A DNA stretch of 64,000 nt from Escherichia coli (lineage in GTDB: Bacteria > Pseudomonadota > Gammaproteobacteria > Enterobacterales > Enterobacteriaceae). The DNA is taken from the NCBI RefSeq assembly GCF_044324785.1, contig NZ_CP172127.1; one strand, written 5' to 3'. Position 1 is the first letter of the stretch. Every line of letters starts with the position of its first letter. The notes under the pieces were generated by a model that did no database searches, was not told where the DNA came from, and was given only the letters and a program-made list of their open reading frames with translations. Position numbers and translations under genes: made by a program. Positions 57,058-64,000 of the stretch are shown in pieces.

Positions 57058-57082
57058 GGCGGCCATGCGGAACATGGCCGCC
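57058..57082. terminator. Bidirectional terminator hairpin between convergent yehS and yehR (10-bp stem ggcggccatg/catggccgcc)
   Basis: GC-rich perfect stem with 5-nt loop. Confidence 0.55.
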
Positions 57083-57088
57083 GACAGA

Positions 57089-57562
57089 TTATTTCACTTC
57101 TTTAAAACCAGCGGCTTTCATCACCAGTTCCATTTGCGCCATAGTGATACCTTTTTTGGCATCTTCAGCAGAAACGTTGATTCCTGAAATACCCTGCAGG
57201 GCTTTAAAATCCACTTTTTCCATATCGATAGTCACGTTTTCCTGCGCGTAGGTATCGGTATAGGTTAATTTTTCTTCAACACCCGCGATGTTTTTGTATT
57301 TGGCGCTTAACGGCTCAAGTGTCTTGGCAGCGTCTTCTTTGGTGGTTGCACCAATGGAGGCAAATTGAATTTTGGTTTCAGAAGATTGCTTAAGCACCTT
57401 GTCACCTTTGTAGACATAGGTAATGGCAATTTCAGTACCGTTCAGATTGGCGCTGAATTTTTTCGATTCTTCTTTGTCACCGCAGCCAGCAAGAGAGAAA
57501 ACCAGAACAGATGCAACAACGAGGGAAAACAGCTTATTGAAAGCCTTCATGTAAAACTCCAT
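57089..57562 (-). CDS. yehR: DUF1307 lipoprotein
   Basis: 157 aa; lipobox SLAGC. Confidence 0.85.
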   Translation of the reverse strand: MEFYMKAFNKLFSLVVASVLVFSLAGCGDKEESKKFSANLNGTEIAITYVYKGDKVLKQSSETKIQFASIGATTKEDAAKTLEPLSAKYKNIAGVEEKLTYTDTYAQENVTIDMEKVDFKALQGISGINVSAEDAKKGITMAQMELVMKAAGFKEVK

Positions 57563-57674
57563 TTTATTTAATCAAGGAACTGGTGACTCTCACCAGGGGC
57601 TATATAGGATATGCCTAATACTGTGGCGTGAGCAGTCCGGAACTGGAGTAGAACTCTTAGTAAAAAGCACTATT

Positions 57675-59675
57675 TCATCCTTGTTGCTGAAGCATGGGGA
57701 ATAATTGTTCGCAAAGTAAAACACCGTTATTCATTGCTTCTACCCGTGCCTCGCTTTCTGTATTACGAAATTGTGCCAACACATGTGCCAGCCGATAAAA
57801 ACCCACCGCGGAGAGGTCATTCGCCAGCAACTCTGCCTGACCAATAGCACTCTGTTCCTGATAGCGCCAGCCGTTATGGAGCAGTTGAATAAGTAACGCC
57901 TGGCAGCGCATCAGCAACTGATGAGCGGTAGACGGCACAGGCAAAACGCTGGCAGAAGGTAGCGGTGCCACAGGCGCAGTTTCTGCGTCCAGCGCCCAGG
58001 CGCGAGTTTTTGTCATCATCACCCGTGGTTCCAGTGTCAATTGCCCCTCTACAAAGCTGACAAAGCCAGAAACCAGACTCACGGGGTCGTCTGTTTGTTG
58101 CAAAAGCGCCGCCATGCGTTCAACGGCAAAAGGAGAACAGGCAGATGCCGGAAGGGATAACGTCAGCACATTATCTTCCCCTTCGCCGCTAATGACCTGC
58201 GCATCCAGTGTCTGGCGGCTGCTATCCCAACCAAGCGAAATACACTCCGCTACCGGCAGAATAAATAAGTTATCGACCTGGTTGAGTGGTCGTATGCAGG
58301 CGGGGGGACGCTGGCGTAAATATTCCCGCAAAGCCACAATGCCCGGCTGGCGCAACGGCGCACTCAACATTTGCCAGGCGTCTGGCGACAGTGGAACAAC
58401 ACTACTCAAGCGGTTGCGGGTAGCTAACAGCAGCTCGCCATCGGCACTGCGTTTTGCTGCTTGTGAAACAATTTGCCCACCCGCCAGTGCGCCAGCCTGA
58501 AAACTAAACAGCCGACGCGTCGCTGCCGGTGAGTTTTCCTGTTCGCTTCTCGGCCAACTACGCGAAAGGTGCAAAATACTGCCGGTGTCGGGATCGGTAA
58601 ACCAGATGCGTAAACCATACTGCTCAATATCCTGCCAGCAACGCATACCTAAAGACACCAGCCGCAGATGATCAAGCTTTGCTTCTCCGGCAATGCCAGC
58701 GCCAACGACCGTGCGCCACGGCATGGGAGGAACTTCACCAACACTGTCGCGCCGGGCCATCTCTTGTGCACAATTTAATCGATTGTTTAATGCCGCAAGC
58801 TGACATAAGCATTCTCCGGCATGATAGTGGCTGGCGCGGGCGTGGAAGGCATCAACGCTGGCGCGCAGTTGCCGTAGCGATTCACTCACCCAGCGCCAGT
58901 TGCAGCGTTCCGCCGCTTGCTGCGCGCGGCTGAAAGCAGCCTCGTAATGAATAAGCGGCTGGCTGATGCCGCCAAGCCATAACGCCTGGCTTAATTGCTG
59001 AACATATTGACGACACGCGTCGCCCTCATCGTTGGCAAACGGATCGTCAGATGATGTGACGTGTTCGCTGCGCATCTGCCAGATTAAATGAGTAAATTCC
59101 GCTTGCTGCGCTTTGGCCTGGGCAAAGGCCTGTACTGCCAGTACGACATGTTCGCAAAGTGTGCCGTCAATACAATCACAGCGTGCGAAACGAATGCTGC
59201 TGCGGGAATAAAAACGTACATCGCTCATCGGTAAGCGGGCAGAGGGAATTTCGCCAGGCGTACAGAACAACTCAATGGTGATGCCTTTAGCGACCAGTGT
59301 CTGTGCGCGTTTGCGGGTGGCATCGGGCAGGGTAGCCAGTTCTTCCAGCCAGATTGCCGGATCCCACTCTTCTTCTTTTTCCGTAGGCTGGGTGGTGGCG
59401 CAAAGTCGCTGATAACTTAAAACCAGCATCACGCGATGGCGGCACATGCCGCTGGCCCCGCAGCTGCATTGAGCCTCTTTCAGTGCCTGACCGTTCGCCA
59501 GCTGGGTGCGGACACCGTCACTGAAGGTGGCGATTAAAGCGCCGTTCTCATGGCTGATTTCCGGGACGTTGCCATTTTCCAGTTCTTTAAGGCTGCGCTT
59601 AACAAAACCGGCATTGCTTAACGCCGTCAAAGCTTGTGGTGTCAGTTCTAATAATTCCGGCCGTAGTGAATTCAT
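57675..59675 (-). CDS. yehQ: SWIM zinc-finger protein of the yehLMPQ cluster
   Basis: 666 aa; two CxCx5CxH SWIM motifs (CSCGASGMCRHRV, CDCIDGTLCEHVV); start overlaps the yehP stop (ATGA). Confidence 0.8.
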   Translation of the reverse strand: MNSLRPELLELTPQALTALSNAGFVKRSLKELENGNVPEISHENGALIATFSDGVRTQLANGQALKEAQCSCGASGMCRHRVMLVLSYQRLCATTQPTEKEEEWDPAIWLEELATLPDATRKRAQTLVAKGITIELFCTPGEIPSARLPMSDVRFYSRSSIRFARCDCIDGTLCEHVVLAVQAFAQAKAQQAEFTHLIWQMRSEHVTSSDDPFANDEGDACRQYVQQLSQALWLGGISQPLIHYEAAFSRAQQAAERCNWRWVSESLRQLRASVDAFHARASHYHAGECLCQLAALNNRLNCAQEMARRDSVGEVPPMPWRTVVGAGIAGEAKLDHLRLVSLGMRCWQDIEQYGLRIWFTDPDTGSILHLSRSWPRSEQENSPAATRRLFSFQAGALAGGQIVSQAAKRSADGELLLATRNRLSSVVPLSPDAWQMLSAPLRQPGIVALREYLRQRPPACIRPLNQVDNLFILPVAECISLGWDSSRQTLDAQVISGEGEDNVLTLSLPASACSPFAVERMAALLQQTDDPVSLVSGFVSFVEGQLTLEPRVMMTKTRAWALDAETAPVAPLPSASVLPVPSTAHQLLMRCQALLIQLLHNGWRYQEQSAIGQAELLANDLSAVGFYRLAHVLAQFRNTESEARVEAMNNGVLLCEQLFPMLQQQG

Positions 59676-60808
59676 GACTGAAGATTCTCCGCAAGCCAGG
59701 TCGCCAGTTCGCCCGGCGTCATGGCGGCTATTTGTGCGCCGACATTAACCAGCGCCTGGGCCGTATCGTGGTCATAGCAAGGTGTTGCGGTGCTATCGAG
59801 CGCCGCCAGTCCCAGCACTTTGACGCCGCTCTGGACACACGTTTTCACCTGATGCGTCAGCAATGATGATGAACCCCCTTCATAGAAATCGCTCACGAGG
59901 ATAATGACGCTTTTCGCTGGTTGTTCAATAAGTTGCCGACCATACTCCACGGCACTGGCGATATTGGTCCCGCCGCCCAGTTGTACTTTCATTAATAACT
60001 CTACTGGATCAGCAACGTCTGCCGTGAGATCAACGACGCTGGTGTCAAACGCCACCAGATGGGTACGAATGCCGGGTAACTGCCATAAACAGGCCGCCAT
60101 CACCGCAGAGTGGATCACCGAATCGACCATCGATCCGCTTTGATCAACCAGTAAGACCAGTTGCCATTGTTCGCTTTGGCGTTTAATGCGGCTGTTAAAG
60201 CGGGGGGATTCGATATACAACTTGCCGTGTTGCGGGTGCCAGTGTTGCAGGTTGGCGCGCAGAGTACTTTTGAAATCAAAGTTTCGCGCCAGTGGAATAA
60301 ATGAGCGGCGACGGCGATCGCGGACACCAGAAAAAGCCTGGCGAACTTCCTTTGCCAGTCGCGCCATAATTTCTTCAACAACCTGGCGCACTATCCGGCG
60401 GGCGGCAGCCAGCACTTCGGGATTCATCAGATGTTTGGTGTGCAAAACGGCGCGTAGCAGGCTTTCAGAAGGCTGCATACGTTCCAGCACGTCGAGATTC
60501 GTCACCACATCTTCAATGCCGTAGCGCAGTACGGCATCGCTTTCCAGCCGCTCGATCACCTGTTGCGGAAACAGCGTGTGAATACTGTTGATCCACTCAG
60601 GGGTGGTGAGATTTGAGTCACCTAATCCACCGGAGCGTTCACCACGCTGGAGCCGTTCAGGATCGCGCCCATACAGCCACTCCAGCGCGTGGTCTATCTG
60701 CCGGGCATTGTCATCCAGCCCACAAAGGGTCGTTTCTGCCGCTTCGCCAAGAATTAATCGCCAGCGTTGTAGCTCACGGGTGGTCAGAAGATCGTTCAGT
60801 TCAGACAT
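59672..60808 (-). CDS. yehP: von Willebrand factor A (VWA) domain protein
   Basis: ATG at 60808 gives 378 aa (MSELNDLL...); MIDAS motif DQSGSM; overlaps the yehM stop by 8 nt; the ORF-track frame is an upstream extension. Confidence 0.85.
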   Translation of the reverse strand: MSELNDLLTTRELQRWRLILGEAAETTLCGLDDNARQIDHALEWLYGRDPERLQRGERSGGLGDSNLTTPEWINSIHTLFPQQVIERLESDAVLRYGIEDVVTNLDVLERMQPSESLLRAVLHTKHLMNPEVLAAARRIVRQVVEEIMARLAKEVRQAFSGVRDRRRRSFIPLARNFDFKSTLRANLQHWHPQHGKLYIESPRFNSRIKRQSEQWQLVLLVDQSGSMVDSVIHSAVMAACLWQLPGIRTHLVAFDTSVVDLTADVADPVELLMKVQLGGGTNIASAVEYGRQLIEQPAKSVIILVSDFYEGGSSSLLTHQVKTCVQSGVKVLGLAALDSTATPCYDHDTAQALVNVGAQIAAMTPGELATWLAENLQS

Positions 60809-63080
60809 GGAAAACTCCCCAGTGTTGCAGCGATGCCAGTGCCTGCTGTTCGAGTTGTTGATGATGTGCAATGGCTTGCGGTGGACAATGCAACGGCATT
60901 TGCAGCGCTGAAACGGGAAGCTGTGCGAGCTGGTAATGCTCAAGCACCTGATGCGCCAGCGTCCCGCGTTCCCGTGGTGGTAGCCAGGCCATCGCCGCAC
61001 GTAAATCGGGCAGGGCGTTAATAAAATCGTCGTCACTCAGTTGATTTAAATGACTACTGAAACCGGCGATAAATGCCGGCTGACAGGCCAGTTGATGGCG
61101 GGCCAGCGCCAGCAAACCGTGCAGTGCCTCGCCGGATTGTGCCGGGGATAATTGCGCCAGCATCGTCAGCGCCGCTTCGGCACTGGCGTTGGGATGTTCC
61201 AGACGCATCAGTGCGCCAAGAGCCGCGCCGCGATCCAGCGCCGGGGCATGAATCGCCTGACTGCGGCGCTCCAGTAAGGCTACCGCCGCAGAAAGAGAAA
61301 CGCCGGGTAAATTAACGCCGCTATGTAGATCGCGCAGGATATGGCAAAGCGCCTGCCAGCTATGCAGGTGAGCGTGAAACTCCTTTTCCTCCGGTCTGCC
61401 GTTGGATTCACACAGCCAGAGTGTGCGATCGATAGCCGCGCATAACGTCGTCTGTAATATCTGCGCGCCTTGCATACCGCTAATTTCATCCAGCCGCCAT
61501 AAGGCGTATAGCACTTCCAGCGCCTGGCCCATTTCGGCAAACTGATTTTCCTGGGCGATTAATAATGTAAGTTGCTCCAGTAATTGTTGACTGAAGGACG
61601 CCAGACCCGCTAACGCCGCCTGGCTAAGACATGTGGTGATACTGCCGATTCCACCCGCGTCCAGCATATCGGCTTCTAATTTATTGCGTGCGGCTTCCTG
61701 GAGTGTGGCACCAAAGCAGGCGGCCTCAATTAATGCCGCATGTTGGCTAAGCGGGCGGGTTAATTTCCAGCGTTCTTCACCGTTGCCTGCAAGTGTCAGT
61801 GTGCTTCCCTGCTGGCGTACAATCCCTGGGATCTCCAGTATTGCCAGCCGATGTAACACCTGACTTTGCGCTAGTCTATTGGGGTTAAAGCGATTTAAGG
61901 TAAGCTCCGCCGGAAGAGAGATTGCGGTACGTTCCAGTTCGCAGGTGACATCTTTTGGCAGAGGCGGTTGTGGCGTAGAAGGGGCAAGTTTACCGAATCC
62001 GTCACCCGCTAATGTGTCTATCAACGTTAGCAGAATCGGATCGGTATCGGGATGAATAACGCCGCGATAGCTCCACGGCAACGGCGCGTTCAAGGCTTCT
62101 TTAATCAGCGAGCCTGCTATGGCATCCAGCCAGTCAGTGCGTAACGGTAGTATATGACCGCGCAACTGTGCCAGCGCCATCGCATGCAGATGAGCGGCAG
62201 CCATATCCGCTGTTGAAGCAGGCAAGTGGTGCTGGCGCAAACGGGTAAGAACCGTTTTCAGCAGTTGTTCACCTGCCTGCTGCAAGCCCCACCGCCAGCA
62301 CCAGTTTTGCCAGACCGGGGCAGGCATTCCTGAAAGGTATCCTGCCAGCACATCAAGGCGCTTTTCACTGTATGGCGTGAGATAGCAACCTGTAACGGCA
62401 TCATCCAGTGAGAGCAATTCTGGCGTGTTAATTTCTTGCGGGCATTCGCGCCACATTTTTGCCAGTGCCGGAGCGTGCCAGCCTCCGCAGACGACTAATA
62501 CGTCGCCATTATTTTGCTGCATCGCCCATCCAATCCAGCGGGCCATAAAGGCTTCGCGCTGACGATTGAGTGCATCGCCGGAGGCGTCGCCCCGCAGTTG
62601 TACAAAATAGTGCGCCAGTGCAGAGGGTAATATAGTTTGCTGGCTTTCATCTTCGAACAAGTGATCCCACAGGGTGTCGCTGTTATCCATGCGGGTGGCA
62701 CGCAGCAGCAAGGTCTGGCTTTCCTCTTGCGTATCAGGCGAATTGTCCTCTTCTTCACTCTGTGCCCAGCAAGGCAAATCGATGAAGTAAGTTTGTGCCT
62801 GAATACGACGTGCGGCTTGTAGCGCCTGCCACTCCGGCGAAAATTCAGCAAATGGCGTCCAGGCACCACGCCCGGGGGCCGCACCGTCCTGATACTGGCA
62901 ATAACTGTAAATAGCTACCGGAAGCTGGTGGGCTAACAACAGTTCGTCTACCCGGTCATTAAAATCAGCCGGGCCTTCAATCAACACGTATCGTGGCCGC
63001 TGGCTTTCGATTAACGATTTCACCAGCCGGGCGCAGGCCGGACTATGATGCCGGATGCCGACAATTAACGGCTCGCTCAT
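60801..63080 (-). CDS. yehM: Large uncharacterised protein of the yehLMPQ cluster
   Basis: ATG at 63080 gives 759 aa (MSEPLIVGIRHHSPA...); the ORF-track 806-aa frame is an in-frame upstream extension. Confidence 0.8.
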   Translation of the reverse strand: MSEPLIVGIRHHSPACARLVKSLIESQRPRYVLIEGPADFNDRVDELLLAHQLPVAIYSYCQYQDGAAPGRGAWTPFAEFSPEWQALQAARRIQAQTYFIDLPCWAQSEEEDNSPDTQEESQTLLLRATRMDNSDTLWDHLFEDESQQTILPSALAHYFVQLRGDASGDALNRQREAFMARWIGWAMQQNNGDVLVVCGGWHAPALAKMWRECPQEINTPELLSLDDAVTGCYLTPYSEKRLDVLAGYLSGMPAPVWQNWCWRWGLQQAGEQLLKTVLTRLRQHHLPASTADMAAAHLHAMALAQLRGHILPLRTDWLDAIAGSLIKEALNAPLPWSYRGVIHPDTDPILLTLIDTLAGDGFGKLAPSTPQPPLPKDVTCELERTAISLPAELTLNRFNPNRLAQSQVLHRLAILEIPGIVRQQGSTLTLAGNGEERWKLTRPLSQHAALIEAACFGATLQEAARNKLEADMLDAGGIGSITTCLSQAALAGLASFSQQLLEQLTLLIAQENQFAEMGQALEVLYALWRLDEISGMQGAQILQTTLCAAIDRTLWLCESNGRPEEKEFHAHLHSWQALCHILRDLHSGVNLPGVSLSAAVALLERRSQAIHAPALDRGAALGALMRLEHPNASAEAALTMLAQLSPAQSGEALHGLLALARHQLACQPAFIAGFSSHLNQLSDDDFINALPDLRAAMAWLPPRERGTLAHQVLEHYQLAQLPVSALQMPLHCPPQAIAHHQQLEQQALASLQHWGVFHV

Positions 63081-63090
63081 GCATCTTTCC

Positions 63091-64000
63091 TCACGGCAGG
63101 CGGTGGCGAGCTTGATAATAAGCCTGCCAGTGAGCTTCTTTATGTGTAGCGACACGTTGTTCGAAGTAACGGCGCAGACGTGCGCGATCTTCTTCGTTAT
63201 CTTTGACGATGGTTCCGGCAATACAGTCCACCAGGTCGGCTGGCTCCCCCGCGCGATTCGCTAAAAACCAGGCGCGGACGCCCACAGCGTGGGCCACGTT
63301 CACGGCTTCAGCGGTGGACATAATCGCTGTCAGTGTATCCATTGACGTTTTCTTTTCGCCGTTGGCACGCAGATCGCGGAAGGTGCGTACCAGTAACTCC
63401 AGTACCGCGTCAGGCACTTTATGCGGAATACCGCTATGGGCCAACAAACGCGCCGAAGCACTGGCGACCAGTTCCAGCTCCTGGGCGAAATCCATAATCG
63501 GAAAGACAGTTTCAAAATCGAAGCGACGCTTTAGCGCAGCACTCATTTCATTGACGCCGCGATCGCGGGTATTGGCAGTGGCAATAATATTAAAGCCTTC
63601 CCGCGCATAGAGCTGACTGGCTTCACCAGTGAGTTCCGGCACCGTCATTACCCTGTCAGAAAGCATACCTAACAGACAGTCTTGTACTTCCAGCGGTGTA
63701 CGCGTTATCTCTTCAAAACGGACAATTTTGCCGTCGCGCATTCCCTGGTAAAGCGGGGCAGGGACCAGCGCTTCCGTTGACGGACCATGGTTGATAAGCA
63801 GGGCGTAGTTCCAGCCATACTTGATTTGATCTTCGGTGGTAGATGCGCCGCCCTGGATGGTTAACCCGGCATCGCCGCTAATAGCGGTTGCCAGTAATTC
63901 AGACAGGAGAGATTTTGCGGTGCCAGGTTCCCCCACCAACATCAAACCGCGCCCGGTAGCGAGAGTGACTAACATGCGTTCGACAGCGGAGGGACTGATC
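63091..64000 (-). CDS. yehL: MoxR-type AAA+ ATPase, N-terminus truncated by window end
   Basis: Walker A GEPGTAKS; frame stays open to the window edge; stop at 63091-63093. Confidence 0.85.
   Translation of the reverse strand, partial: ISPSAVERMLVTLATGRGLMLVGEPGTAKSLLSELLATAISGDAGLTIQGGASTTEDQIKYGWNYALLINHGPSTEALVPAPLYQGMRDGKIVRFEEITRTPLEVQDCLLGMLSDRVMTVPELTGEASQLYAREGFNIIATANTRDRGVNEMSAALKRRFDFETVFPIMDFAQELELVASASARLLAHSGIPHKVPDAVLELLVRTFRDLRANGEKKTSMDTLTAIMSTAEAVNVAHAVGVRAWFLANRAGEPADLVDCIAGTIVKDNEEDRARLRRYFEQRVATHKEAHWQAYYQARHRLP

Noticed and set aside
60801-63221. ORF-track 806-aa version of yehM and 454-aa version of yehP (59672-61036)
   Set aside because: The upstream extensions overlap the preceding genes extensively; internal ATGs at 63080 and 60808 give lengths matching the K-12 proteins and the tight operon spacing

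Overview
Enterobacterial (Escherichia coli-type) chromosomal segment, collinear with the K-12 fruBKA to yehL region as I recall it, read here in inverted orientation. About 57 protein genes: fructose PTS (fruK 3' end, fruA), pseudouridine catabolism (psuKGT), a paralogous nucleoside module (yeiL, rihB, nupX, yeiI), nfo, yeiH/yeiE, lysP, cirA, yeiG, folE, yeiB, galS-mglBAC, preTA, yeiS, sanA, cdd, yohKJ, dusC, mdtQ, yohFDC, pbpG, dld, bglX, osmF-yehYXW, mlrA, btsSR, yehSR and the MoxR-AAA/VWA/SWIM cluster yehLMPQ (yehL cut by the window end). Three departures from the K-12 layout: a six-gene 3-hydroxybenzoate/gentisate catabolic island (mhbRTDHIM-like) between yohJ and dusC; an IS110-family insertion sequence between dusC and the small gene yohP, whose left end carries a promoter and hairpin that may encode a bridge-type guide RNA; and an apparently intact mdtQ. 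The most interesting candidates for an undescribed system are the IS110 element and the functionally uncharacterised yehLMPQ cluster. No rRNA, tRNA or CRISPR array was seen. Two sub-60-aa membrane protein genes (yohP, yohO) absent from the ORF track were found by hand translation. All calls rest on motifs read directly in the sequence and on memory of E. coli gene order and protein lengths; no database search or folding computation was possible, and the coordinates of short motifs are hand-counted.
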